Source: Octopus sinensis
Lineage: Eukaryota
NCBI RefSeq assembly: GCF_006345805.1
Contig: NC_043006.1
Span: 80,352,001 to 80,416,000, forward strand
DNA: 64,000 nucleotides
Direction of reading: 5' to 3'
Under the pieces are notes generated by a model. The model saw nothing but the letters and a program-made list of their open reading frames with translations. It had not been told where the DNA came from and did no database searches. The position numbers and the translations under genes are program-made. Numbering within the stretch: the first letter of the stretch is position 1; the number at the start of each line of letters is the position of its first letter. Below are positions 36,804 to 50,430 of the stretch, piece by piece.

Positions 36804-38760
36804 CTATATATGTACATTGGTCGACTGCGTTTTGTTAGAACTGGTATATATGTCAGTATGTTTGCATTCCTTTTTGTAATATCTTTGGTAGCATTTAAGA
36901 CGAAAATGTCGTCTTACAATTTTCGTTGATAAAAATGATATGCTAATTATTAAGCCAATGAAGGAATTTAAAATACAGGCTATGAGAAAAAGTACACCGA
37001 TTTCATTCAATTTTGGAAAGAAGCTAAATATCCATGTTAAGCCCATTACAAGGCTTAGCTTAAAATAAACCTTAAATTTCGTCCTATTCTTTACTTCCAG
37101 ATATTTAGATGAGTTTTTACTTGCTAAATAGAGACCTCTGGCAGTGAGTATGAAAGACAATATATTAAGGAACAAAATTATTATTAGCGGCACTGCAAAG
37201 AGCCACAATCGAGATTTTATATTTGTAATCCAACAAAAAAATCCTTTTCCATATTCTGGGAGAGTGCATGGTTCCCGGGTGCATATTGAAATACGAGTGA
37301 GATTGTCACAATTATAAGTGGACATATCCAAGCATATAAAGAATAGTAGACAAGTCTCTTTGTGTCTTTTTCTGTACTTCGAAGCGGTGTAAATCCTGAA
37401 AAAGTGTACCAGGCATCAAATGACATGACATTCATCCAGAAGAAAGCCGCCAGGAAAAAATAATGCATGAGAACAGCTATTGTTGTACACAAGGAACTCG
37501 ATGTAACTTGTGGTGAGATAAGAAGCAGGAGTTCTGCTGTAAACAATGATAATAAAAGGCTAATGAGAAGTTTACCTGGTAATGTAAGGAGATCAGGTAT
37601 ACAAAGATAAACTATGATAGTAATGAATAAAGCAGGAATAGATGTCACTAGTCCTACTAACGTGATATAGCTTGCAAAAGTATAATATTTTCCCATCCCA
37701 TGTGTTCTGTTATTTACACAAATACTTATACCTTGTGGATCATGAATGAATGCTGATTGGTTGAGTAGAATGTTGGAAGCATTTAGATAAAGATCTCCAT
37801 CACTAGTGATGTAATATTCAGATTTTTCCAGTCTTTTAGCTGTACAATCTAATCTAGAATTATAGTGAAAATGCCGACATCGTTTCTTTTGTTCATCGTA
37901 AAAATATCCTTGTGAACAAGAGGGTAATTGTTTCGAATAAAGTTTACGTTGGAACATATTTGAAACTTCAAAATAATTATCATTATAGTTAAATATTATT
38001 GTTAGAGGGTATTGCGGGGTTAAATATGGTGATCTTTCATCGATAGTTACATTACAGAAAATATCATTAATATGAAAACCGTTGCAGATGGCGCAGTGAG
38101 TATTCCTAAATTTAGTTCCATTTGATTTCACAATAGCCATTGGTCCAAACATACACGAAGAAACTAAGGATGCATTGGTAACGTCTGGAGGACATTTTGC
38201 AACGTAATGAATACAGTTATATTTGTAATCTTTATAGTTTGATGGCGCTTCAAACAATGTTTGGCAGTGATTCTGTATCTTGTCAGGGAAGAGTGACAAA
38301 TCTATATCCATCATCTGATTACATTTGTAGTGAACTGTCCATAATATGTATTCCTCTCCATTACACAGAGCACAGAACAAATTCCTGTAAAGTCTTTTAG
38401 TTTGTTTTCCCAAAGCAGGTATGTTGTATAATCGGTCATTCTCTCTGGTGTTTCACAGCCAGTAACGTGATCTGTAAATGAATAGTCGCTTGGGCAGCGG
38501 TCAAATACGAAATAACTGTTATTAGCATCAATTTTCCTGCAACTGTAATCTGTTGACAATGTTCTTTGATTTATATTAGTTTGATTTACCCAATCTAAGC
38601 AACATTCATTATACAGGTAACAATATTTATCACACGAACAATTGCTACACATTGCTTGATTACATTTAGGATTTTTTGTAAAACAACTTGACTGTTGAAT
38701 GACTTCGTCGCCAAAAGCTATCATAAAGATGAGTAGCAGATTCTTGGAGTACTGGAACAT
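36804..38760 (-). pseudogene. Second Methuselah-like SMB GPCR paralogue with two -1 frameshifts (pseudogene or assembly error)
   Basis: ORFs 38311-38760, 37217-38413 and 36804-37331 tile the copy-1 protein at roughly two-thirds identity by eye. Single-base deletions at about 38441-38445 and 37258-37264. The span of 1957 nt plus 2 gives 653 codons. Confidence 0.85.
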
Positions 38761-38879
38761 TTTGAATTCCGGTGTGAGAACTTTGTCCTTGAGTTAGTGT
38801 TTTTATATTTTCGATAATAAAATATTGTTTCTTAAATAGGTAGACAGTTTTTCCTTTGAAGCAATCAACTGTTGCATAT
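38761..38879 (-). promoter_or_regulatory. 5' UTR of copy 2 with splice acceptor at 38880-38881
   Basis: ttttctttattttcAG|ATATGCAACAG; gaattcaaaATG matches copy 1 gaatttaaaATG. Confidence 0.72.
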
Positions 38880-39435
38880 CTGAAAATAAAGAAAATATAT
38901 ATTAAGATAATATTTAACAAATACCATGATGCAGAACATAACCAGTATATTAATATTGATAATACAATATCCTAACCCAAAACAACTTCAAACAGAATCA
39001 TTCTCAAATATATTGCTTTTTGCTTCTAATATGACATTTGCAAAGGTAATATTAGAAAAGTAAGTTAGAAAAAAGTCATATAATTGGTAATTGGAAATTA
39101 GCGAATTCCATAAGTAACGTATATGCAAAATAGAGACCATAAGATTAAAATGACATGGGATTATCATGTGTCTATCTCTTACTCTACAAATTAAGATTTT
39201 AAATGCTTATATAACATTATATAACATTGATAAAGAGCTCAGAGCATTAATGACAAATACTAAATTTGAAATGGCATTTAGATGCATTTAGTTCGGTTGG
39301 CTATTGATATTCTAATACCATACATAATAACAACTGTATTGGCATTAGCATTAAAAAGCACAACTCAATATATAAACATGTTTAATACAAATATAAATAT
39401 GCGTAAATATAAATTTGATATAGGTATACGTACAG

Positions 39436-39497
<62 letters not shown>

Positions 39498-39589
39498 AAG
39501 GTTGAGTACAATTTCATCCTTTTTACTTTATGCATGGATTAAAATTTTTATAAAACTTTTAATATTTCTTCTCCATCTTTAATTGTTTG

Positions 39590-40060
39590 TTGAATTTTTA
39601 TACCTCGACCGTGTTCTTGGCCCCTAGTGGCTTCCCCCACTTCCCTCCCACATCCACAACATAAACCATGCTCTTCGTCTCTTTAATTCTTTCTCCTTAC
39701 CTTCTGGCCCCTCTAAATTTCTGTTCATTCTTGATATCAAATGTTTATATTCAGCGATCTCAGACAACGAAGGACTTCTTGCACTAAAATACTTTCTAGA
39801 CCTTCGACCTGACCCCCAACCTGGCACCTTCACAATTCTTTGTCTAGCCAAACTTGTTCTCTCCATTAACTGCGTCTCGTTCACGGTGGATTTTTACCAA
39901 CCGTTCTCAGGAGTGGCCATGGGAACGAGAATGGTCCCCAACTAAGCGAACCTGTTCGCTGGTTACGTTGAGGCCCAAATATTCTCACAATTCCCTGGTC
40001 CCACTCCCGACCTATACAATCGTCATATCGATGACTGTATTGACGCGACCTCACTCTCCC
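39590..40060 (+). mobile_element. Penelope-like RT fragment
   Basis: SGVAMGTRMVP..ANLFAGYVEAQIFSQFPGPTPDLYNRHIDDC, read across frameshifts. Confidence 0.78.
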
Positions 40061-40069
40061 ACTAAATGA

Positions 40070-40465
40070 CAGAGTTTCAAATGCCGACCTGTTCAGCAAG
40101 TTTAAGATTGGTGGAATCGAGAGCTTCCTTATGCAGTCGCAATTGTGCTGGGCTGGCCATGTCATCAGAATGAGTAACAAAAAATACCCAAAGTCCTCAT
40201 GTATAGCTAGCCTAATAACGGAATGTTGGTCGACTATGGGTCAGACATAGGAACACGCTGAAGAGTAATCTCTCAGCAGTGATGATAGCTCACAACACTT
40301 TTGTCACTTTTGTGCGAACAGCCTCGGAGCGAACAAAATGGAGATCGTTGTGTCAAAATGGTATAAGAAACTTCGTTGCAACTGGTATTAGCAGACTTAG
40401 GGTTGCAAGGCAAAGGAGAAAAGCGGCTACAAATATACCACCTGCACTCACTTATAATCGTCAAA
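40070..40465 (+). mobile_element. RTE-clade LINE ORF C-terminal fragment
   Basis: GIESFLMQSQLCWAGHVIRM...ASERTKWRSL...ARQRRK. Confidence 0.78.
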
Positions 40466-40474
40466 CTTGCAGCA

Positions 40475-40511
<37 letters not shown>

Positions 40512-40597
40512 TTATAATAAATATTAGGGAATAAATCCAAACTTACAGGGAAAAATCAGATTTAGGATTGAATCCAATTTTATAGTAAAATATTATA

Positions 40598-41054
40598 TTA
40601 TATTAAATTAGAGATAAAACCACTATTAGGCAAATCATACAATGAAAAACTTAAGCCAATACATAATATATTTAATTTATATTATTTAAATATATAACAA
40701 AATTATTTAAAAAATATAATTAATATAACACTACGATCGTTTCATGGCTGTTAATTTCTTTAAATTTTCGAGTTACAGTCATTCATCAGGTGGTTTAAAT
40801 ATTTAACTTGGCGAGGTTTAATCAATGACTAAACCTCGCCAAGTTAAATATTTAAACCACCTGATGAATGACTGTAACTCGAAAATTTAAAGAAAGTAAC
40901 AGCCATGAAACGATCGTAGTGTTATATTAATTATATTTTTTAAAATAATTTTGTTATATATTTAAATAATATAAATTAAATAATATTATGTATTGGGTTA
41001 AGTTTTTCATTGTATGATTTGCCTAATAGTGGTTTTATCTCTAATTTAATATAA
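40598..41054. repeat. Large near-perfect hairpin (arms about 224 bp, 9-nt loop 40821-40829)
   Basis: About 4 differences between arms by eye. Termini (ttagagataaaaccactattaggcaa) shared with fragments at 3150-3200, 3780-3890 and 33180-33350. Confidence 0.95.
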
Positions 41055-41062
41055 CATATATA

Positions 41063-41152
<90 letters not shown>

Positions 41153-41279
41153 ATATTTAAGAGATGAGGAATTATGTACATGTTTTGCCTTATTTACATT
41201 TGACGGATATTTGTCTTCATCTTGTTTGTTGTTAACACAACGTTTCGGCTGATATACCCTCCAGCTGATATACCCCCAA

Positions 41280-41325
41280 AACACCTGATGAAGGATGTAG
41301 GGTATATCAACCGAAACGTTGTGTT
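41280..41325 (+). ncRNA. Minimal type I hammerhead motif (family 'acac-CTGAnGA-A-GGCTG')
   Basis: aacac-CTGATGA-A-GGATG-loop-CAACC-GAAAC-GTT-gtgtt. Truncated inverted partner at about 41200-41270. Confidence 0.6.
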
Positions 41326-42084
41326 AACAACAAAGACGAGGACAAATATCCGTCAAATGGAAATAATAAAAATAATGTAAGTAATGTAAATAATGTATAT
41401 ATATGATGAGTCTGATGTTCTATCTTGTATCCATGTGTGGTATTTTTGTTTGGTGAATATTTTATTTGGTGAATCTTTATAATATTATTGCAACAAAACG
41501 TCTGTAATCCTTCATTTATGGTCATTGATGGGTAAGACACTCTAAGACGAAGCTGTATTAAATAAAATTATCTAAACCTAGCGGGGTGTTTTGCCTTGTA
41601 AAAGTATTTGTATTATGCCCCTTCAATACAAGGGGTATACTGTGCTCAGTATTACTAATGCAGTTTGCTGCTTTATGGTACGGTTCTGTGAATTCCTGTT
41701 ACTGCAGTTAGCATGTTTAAAAGTGATTTGTTTTCTTTAATAGTTGATAGTTGATCTCTGTCGTTTTTGTAGCTTAGTTACTCTGCCGAATATGTTTCGG
41801 TTCTTATTGCTTTTTTTTTTCTTTCTCAACTTGTTTCCTGAATTATTTGTGTGTGTTGTTGGTATTTTGTGAGTGAATTTTTTTATGCGTTGCCTTTTTG
41901 AGTTGGTGTTGACTGGTATTTTAACGGTATTTGTGTGTGTGGTGTGTGCATGCGTGTTCTTGTATATATATATATATATATATATATGGTTAGATATATT
42001 GCTATATATATATAAATATATATATATATAGTTAGATAGATTGATAGATATATACATATACATGTGTGTGAGTGTGTGTTCTTG

Positions 42085-42134
<50 letters not shown>

Positions 42135-42289
42135 CATATATATACATATATATTCATGTGTGTGTGTGTGTGTATGCGAGATTAGCATTTGTGCTTGTGG
42201 ACGTGGAATGTCTGTGTGTTAGTTTTGCATGTGTGGTGCTTGTCTGTAGGTGACTATGATATATATGTGTAAGTTGATATGGAAAGTAT

Positions 42290-42990
42290 GTTACAGATAA
42301 AGTATGTGCAAATTGAGACAATGTGAAGAGGCAGAAGTTTGAAGGGAAGAGAAACTCCTTTTCTCTTTCTGTGGTGGCGAGTGTTCGGTGGTGATTCGAT
42401 GAGCAAAAATCGATCGAAATTGGAGCAAAACGCGATCGAAATTGACAGAGAGTGGGTGGCTCATTGTTGAGCTGGATATCTCGTATGTGCTCCGAGAAGC
42501 AGTCGGATAGACATCGACAAAACTGTTCGAAACGTAAAAAAGCAATAGACGAGGCTTGTAGAGGTGTAGCTAAAAGAAATAGTGATGTAAAATGGAATGA
42601 TTCTTGATAATAACAGTGGGGTTGATGGTTTCAGTGCGTAGCTGTAACGAGAAATTATAGGTCAGGATTGGTTTGAGACAGGTATGGTGGAGAAAGAGTT
42701 ACTAAACAATAAGACACGGTTGTCGCGGCTACTTTTAAAGCAAAAGTGAATTTGGGAATAAGCGGCAAGTGGCAGAAAAGTCAAAAGGCGAAATAGGGTA
42801 GTACATTTGAGGTTAAAGTAAAAGGATAACAAATTGGTATAGTAGAAGAAAAGGCGGTTTGTGGTAGGTCAGACTTGGTGAGAATCTGTGGCGGCTGGTG
42901 GTGGATGAAAGGAGGTTGGATTGGTGAACGTTTGTATTTATAGTCGGAGAGGAAATTGCGCGATGTATAAAGTAGAATATATATTTTATT
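42290..42990 (-). mobile_element. Penelope-like GIY-YIG region remnant
   Basis: RCLSDCFSEHIRDIQLNN resembles the conserved R.L..RF.EH.RDI segment of PLE endonucleases. Confidence 0.55.
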
Positions 42991-43379
42991 AGGTGACATT
43001 TTTTTTTTCGAATTTTAACGCTTCTATGATAATAATTACGGAAACGACTCTGTTTGTTCAGACGATAGAAAATTTATATGCAAAACTCCTAACTACGCAT
43101 TCCATTGTCATCTTGTTAACAATAATGCTACAGCCTATATGAAAACCAACTCTACCTGTTACCATGCTAATGAATTGCCAACAACTTCAAAATGGGTTAT
43201 GGAAAAGAACATTCAGCGCTACTTGAATCACTTAGATATAAATATCTAAGTGATTCATACATTATCATAAAACATGATGTAGACACTGGGTAATATATGC
43301 AGAAAAAGTAAGGAAGCCATTCAAATATTTCTACTAATAAACATGTCACTTCACTTCTTTTTCTCTTCTGTCGGATGGT

Positions 43380-43740
43380 TCAGCTATAATGATAAAAGGG
43401 ACTGGTTGTAGACGCGTTCAAAAGGGGTCTGCATTTTGTAATAAAGAGAGTCTCTTTACTAATTTGTTGGCTATAGGTTCTATCGTCTCTGAATTGGTAG
43501 AGTGGAAAATTTCTGAAGCTTGGATTTTTGTTATTGGCGCAAATGTCGATGTGTCGGCTGAATGCTATTTTTCTGTTTTGGAGAGTTTTGATCTGGGATC
43601 TGAGCAGAGCCATTCTTTTACGTAGACTGTTTTTTGTTTGGCCAATGTATTGCTCTTGACACCCAGAGCAGGTTAGTGCGTAATTTTCTACGCGTGGAAG
43701 AAGTGAGGACGAACTTCGCTGGTCTGGTGTTGGTTTGCCA
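43380..43740 (-). mobile_element. Second degenerate Penelope-like endonuclease C-terminus
   Basis: ...KETLFITKCRPLLN resembles the E.L.I....P.LN end of GIY-YIG domains. Confidence 0.4.
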
Positions 43741-43839
43741 TCAAGACAGAAATAGCCAGATTCCTTCTTTTTCTACCCAAAGGTATTTCTGATCGTATCA
43801 TGACACTAACGTTAGAATTTGATCATAACACCGTTTCAC

Positions 43840-43930
43840 AATTTCTCTGACATTCCTATACATGGGAAAAACCTAAATTATGTGAAGTCATTTACATATC
43901 TTGGTAGTAAAGTGAATTCGAGTGCTTCGG
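43840..43930 (+). mobile_element. Small RTE-like RT fragment
   Basis: IHGKNLNYVKSFTYLGSKV matches the F.YLGS motif. Confidence 0.45.
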
Positions 43931-44808
43931 AGAACTTTTCTCCGAATGCTTTGTGAAGAATTAAGACATTTCAAAATGCCAAGCAAAATTAATTTTGAAG
44001 CACAGGATTAAGTTGATTTGATTAACTGGGAAAATTAAGTTATAACATCCCCTCCAGTTTTACGGAACTTTACAAATGTTGATCTTCTTAAAACTCATTC
44101 AGGCCCATTAACAGCAATACCTCTTCCCTATCATAGCCAAGGAGTTGAGCATGCTATCAATTTAGTGACAAAAGCTTCCGAAGTTAGAACAGGTTACGAA
44201 AATTGGTACAAATTCATATTAAATGTAGTCAAAATCCAAAATTTCGACCTTCCCCTTGTAAATAAATATATTTGCAGGCGTGGATGCGTCGTAATAAGCT
44301 TGCTTACCAACCACATGGTTTCGGGTTTTTATATACGAGTGAGTGGACAAATGAAAGGAGGGTACTCAACCAACTTAATAGTAGTTATATGCTTGGATAA
44401 AAAATAACAATTTGACGACAAGAATCACGCTTCAACCTTAAGAGAACCAACGAATTTGAATCAAACTCTTTTGATATACACACACACACGCATACACACA
44501 CATATACACACACACAAACACTCACATATATACATACATATATACATACATATATACATACATATATATATGTATGAGTTTGTGTTTGTCTTTGTATCCC
44601 TGTTTGTCTCCCACCATCGCTCTACAACCGGTGTCGGTGTGCTTACCTCCTATTAACTTAGCGGTTCGGCGAAGAAGCCGATAGAGTAAGTACAAGGCTT
44701 TAAAACGTAAGTCTAGGTATTGATTTGCAAACCTTTCAAGGCTTGTCGCAATCAGATGACTGAAATAAGTAAACGAATATATATATATATATACATGTAT
44801 ATATATAC

Positions 44809-44839
<31 letters not shown>

Positions 44840-45745
44840 CATACATATACATATATATAATACATACATATATATATACATATATATATACATACATATA
44901 TATATATATATATACATACATATACATATACATATATGGTGGTTGTCTACTCCTTATGCAGAGTTTAATCACCTCCTGTACCTATATCTTCGAACCATCA
45001 TGGCATCTGTTGTGGTCTTTTTAAACCAGACAATGTTCTGAAAAGACATCCACATACATTGAATAGCCGACTTGGAACACCAAGAACTGCAGATAAGTTC
45101 CGACCTTTCTGGATCTTAAAATGTCTTTTGATCCACACACACGAGAATGACAATACATAATTTTAATTATAATTACTATTATGATATTTTCTTACGTATT
45201 TGTATTGACTTTTGAAACGTTCTTTTGAACATCATCTCTCCATTTTTATAAATGGTCATAGTATTTTACACCAATAGCGAACTTTTTCGATTGTTATTTT
45301 CATATATTTATTGTTTGCTTTAGCAGGATATTTCTGAATATGATGAATTTTTATTAGAGATTATTTTCTCTCTTTTTGGACTCTTCAAAAAGTTTGAATT
45401 GTTCTATATATATATATCATAATGATATTTAATCTCCGATTTTGAAGCGACAATTTTTAAATATAAACAAATGACCGAAAAATGATGAGCTACCCTCATC
45501 CTGAATCGAATCCACCAATCGTAGCTGTCATGGCTCCTTGCGAATCTGCTTGGCCAAACGCTCACCCATCAATTTCAGTCAAATTTAGTTAATATATACT
45601 TAAACTGTCTGAATACTACATAAATAATATTTTTATAAACAAACACGATGTATGTACGTATGTATCTTGAGAACTTCTAAGTGCAAACCATAACTTTGTG
45701 AGAGAATTTCTGATTAATCTTATTCTTTCTCAAAAGAATTATATG

Positions 45746-45835
<90 letters not shown>

Positions 45836-46593
45836 TATTAATTTTTTATGGCAAGTTATATATAAAAACAATTCAATATTCAACTAAAGAATTGCTCGAT
45901 AAATTTTTGCGGAATACATGTTTATATTAAACTTTTACAAGATGGGTGTGACAACGACTTCCAGATGTCGGCCTGCTATATATGTAGTGAGCAACTATGT
46001 ATGGGTGCATGACAAAGCCTAAAAGAGGAAGGAAGGAGAACGACATGAGATTGTGACAAAGAGACGACAATTAACACACGCTCATTTCTATTTTTCTTCG
46101 TCCCCATTTCTGCATGCATTCTTTTCTACGCCCTTTTCTTTATGTCGCCCTGTTTGCACTAAATGAACTCGAACTCGCTGCAACTGATTGCAGGCAGTAC
46201 AGGAGGAATCGTCTACCCGCAAGTGCCAGTGAAACGAGGATAATTTCCGGCCTCAGAGTTCTGTCCGTTTAGGCCAAATATTACTGTGCGATATGTATGT
46301 ATGTATTTATGTATGCATGTATGTATGTATCAGTGTTCAGTTTTTTTTCAGAATTTCTTGCCAATACAGAAAGACCTGCTTTCTAACCTAGATCCAAGTC
46401 TCTTTCATTGGAGTTTCAACAACATCAGAATGTGAATGTTTTGTTTTATGTATGTATTTTCATGCATATATACCTAAATCTTCTGGAAAGTCTGACCGAT
46501 TTTTACAGTTCCAGTGATTGGTGGGTACGTATGTATGATTGTATGTATGCATATAAGTGTGTATGTAGTTGTCTATCTATCTATCTATCTATA

Positions 46594-46683
<90 letters not shown>

Positions 46684-47030
46684 CCTATGCATAAGTATAT
46701 ATATATATATATATAGATTCGAGAATGTATAGGCATGTAGATATGTAGATATGTACATATGTGTGCATGTATGTGTGCGTATACTTGTATGTATGGATAC
46801 GTCGCGTATGCATATGTGTACTTTTGTATATGTATGTGTATATAGGTGGGAGCATATGTATGTGTTTGAAAATGTGTATATGTGTATATATGTAAGTATA
46901 TGTATATATATGTGTGCATGTATATATATGTATATGTAGGTATATGTATGTATGTGTATATGCATGTGTGTGTACGTGTATATATGTGTGTGTGTGTGTA
47001 TATGTACGTATATATATATGTATATATATG

Positions 47031-47097
<67 letters not shown>

Positions 47098-48055
47098 ATT
47101 GAGGATGACATAGGGTGTGTAATGATACCAACAACCGGACATATCCCTAGTTGCAGGAGACAGGTTTATATATGTGAGAGTGGGTAAGTATGTAGACACA
47201 CAAGATAGGCTTAAAGCATGTAACGTGGGACTGCTATAAACTGACCACTCGCCTCAACTATATCATATTTCACTCCTCTTCCGTGCCCCCGATAATCAAA
47301 AGTAATTTACGACGCTCTCCACAGCTTCAGAATTTTAACCCATTATCTCTCTATCTTAATCCTTTTGCCTTTACGACCGCTTTGTTTACTTTTGTATCTT
47401 TTCATCTTTATCTCAATTTATCTTTATTTTTGTTATTTTTATTTTTTACTCTTTATTTTTTGTACCTTTTACACTTTCACAATACATTTCTAGAATTTAT
47501 GACCCTATACCTGACGTTCTTTATATCTTTATATATTTACATTTTTACATCTTTAATTTTATTATATTTTATATTTTATTATCCTTTATAGTTATATATA
47601 TATTTTTTGTGATCCCAACTTCATTAACGTTTCCTCCCCCTCCCCTCTTTTCCCCTTTTTCTCTTTCTCTCAACATCCAATTCCTTCCCTTACAAGAAGA
47701 ATAATCCCAACCGGAATCTACCCAGTATTCACTCTATATTGAGTGAGAAAACGGTATGGACGATTTTTTGGAGTCTAATAATACCATGTACGCCTACTTG
47801 ATTATGAAGATTTACAATCATACTTTCCCAGTGATACTCGGTTTACCTACCATTATAAACAATACCAACTGTTTTATCTCAAACCTTTCATAACGTGGTA
47901 CAAGTTTTTGGTTTAGCAATTGCATGGGGCTGAAGAGGGCTTTTGAACTATCTGTTATGTCGATTATGCATTGATGTAAGAATAAGTTATTCTATAAAGC
48001 TCGAAACATATGTACCGCGACATCCTTTGTGTCCTGTTTTTCATTGTATTTCATT

Positions 48056-48099
<44 letters not shown>

Positions 48100-48110
<11 letters not shown>

Positions 48111-48895
48111 GATAAATGCGAAAACTAATTTCTGTGTGTCTGTGTGTCACACTTTGACACCCGTCTCTCACTATTCAATGATACTACTAGTAATATTCGT
48201 GCTGGAGTGAGAGTAATAATAGAGGCATAAAGAAGATGAGGGTGATGGCTAAGACAGACAGAGAAAGAGAGAGAGAAAGAAAAAGAGAGAGAGAGATAGA
48301 GACAAGGAAGCTTAGAGAGAGTTGATGATGTTTTATTAAAAGTAGCAGTGTTGGTGATGCCAGTGGGAGTAATAATAAGAGAGAGAATGCATGGGTATGT
48401 GATAGAAATAGGGACTGAACACTGAATCAGAATGCTGAACTAATGGTAATGGGATGATAGTAATAGTATGAGCTGTAGTTGTGTTAGAGACGGATGCAGC
48501 GGTAATTATGGTGGTGTTGGTGGTAGTCGAGGCAGTGAGGAATTACGGTGAGAGTAAGCGATTTGAAAGACAGAGGTGAGGATGGTGGAAGGGAAGGCGG
48601 CGAAGTCAAAGGTATTGATGATGGTGGCGTCAGACGTCTGAATGGTGTATATGGTAGATCTGATGGCGATGGAGATGGTACTGTTGTTTATCATGCAGCC
48701 TCGCAATAAGTTCCAAGTCGACAAATTATATCATTGTTTTGATGAAAATTGTTCATTGCTTGAGAAATATTCAAGTTTAATAAAATTTAATATGTACTCA
48801 ATGCATGAAGTGTCTTTGTAGTGCTCAAGGTCTAATGAAGAGCCCTCCACAGACGCTAGCGTAACAGCCACCCGATAGGGTGGCTTTTAAGCTAG
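48100..48895 (+). mobile_element. Non-autonomous Helitron; 3' terminus firm, 5' boundary tentative
   Basis: Hairpin agccaccc-gata-gggtggct (48866-48885), then CTAG|T at 48892-48896. Helitron-like 5' motif aatatgataaatgcgaaaactaatttctgtgtgtctgtgtg at about 48105. Confidence 0.65.
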
Positions 48896-50027
48896 TATAT
48901 ATATATATATATATACACACACATGCATATATATATATACATATATACATATATGTTATGCACACGCACACACGCACACACACATATATATGTGGTATAT
49001 ATATGAGGTAAGTTGAGTTAGCAGCTGGAGTAACCGTCCGTCTAACGGATTAGAATATGCGTTCTTATTCCCGGTATCAATTACCTACATTAGCCCTGGG
49101 CATGGGTATGTAAGCACACTATGTTCATATGGTACAGGAAATACCAGAATAAACAAGCTTTTATCATGAATCAAATTTAAAATATGCAGAAAATGTTGAA
49201 AGCTTTTAAGCAAGAAGCAAACAAATTGACCAACATCGGTTAATCATTTTTTAATACAAAACTTTTACATTGCTTATAGCCGTTTCAGTACCAATGTCAG
49301 TCGGTGCCTCCAAGGAAAATTATGAAAATAATATTCGTCATCTTTATAGCAAATCCGATCTACTACATGCAGCTTCATCAGAGCGAATACGAATACTAAA
49401 AGAAGAGGGAAGAGGAAAGAACAGGTCCTCGAGATTCAGAAAGAAGGCCCAATAAATTCGAATCATACCATTCTGCAGTATAAAGCTTGAGTCGATGGGC
49501 AAAAATAGTAAACTAGCAAATAATCTACAAAAATAATTGGTGGGTTAATCGTTTTCCTAGGGGTACCAGGGTGTATAAATAATAATAAAACTAGTACTTA
49601 AGTATAACAAGACTCGCCAATAACTTCAGAGAAATGATAGTGCTTGTGATTTCGTAAATAGAGCTAATTAATATTTATCCAAAAACATACCTGTAAAAAA
49701 TTTACGGCTATGTTTTTGGATACAATTTGTCGTCATATTGACACAATATGACGACAAAAGCAGTCCTCAGTACTCTACCAACATGCCAAAGACCAACATG
49801 GAAGCACACGGGGTCGACTTGACAGCCGCATTTTATCCAAGCAACCGAAGGACCCAACACTTAGACAAATACAGGAGTACACTTAGACAAATACAGGAGT
49901 ACGTCTTCATAAATGAAACATCCCCAATAATCGGAGATATACGTAGGAGGTAGTGATAACCCAATACCCACAGTTTATACATACACATGTAGATTTGATA
50001 GTAGGCTGTTACATAGACGTGTATCTC

Positions 50028-50063
<36 letters not shown>

Positions 50064-50124
50064 TTATATATAATATATATATATATTATATATATGTAAA
50101 GGGGGAAATTGAAAACTCAAATCC

Positions 50125-50430
50125 TACGTAGTCAAACAGATTCTCGAACGCATAAATGAAGATATTCAATCAATGTAATTGACTTATATATATTTATACA
50201 TATCAACATAAAACATGCATGTACAGGCATGAAGATTCTTCAAGGGCATAAAGAATAAAACCAAACATACATAAAAAATATAGAAGAAATATAAAAGCAT
50301 ATACCCTTGGAGAATCGTTACGCCCGTACATGCATGATTTATGCTGATGTGTATAAATATATATGATTCACTTACATTGATCGAACGTCTTCATTTATGC
50401 GTTCGGGAATCTGACTGGCTAGGATGTCTT
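50125..50430. repeat. Inverted-repeat (MITE-like) element
   Basis: cagattctcgaacgcataaatgaagatattcaatc pairs with gatcgaacgtcttcatttatgcgttcgggaatctg. Confidence 0.75.

Noticed and set aside
37258-38445. Programmed ribosomal frameshifting or RNA editing restoring GPCR2
   Set aside because: No slippery heptamer with downstream structure seen, the intact paralogue needs no shift, and A-to-I editing cannot repair deletions.
47215-47330. Penelope-like RT thumb fragment ([16 protein letters not shown])
   Set aside because: Suggestive but too short and degenerate to list as a feature.
49677-49721. 45-nt hairpin as a terminator or miRNA precursor
   Set aside because: Short and AT-rich, with no supporting context; intrinsic terminators are not expected in this eukaryotic DNA.
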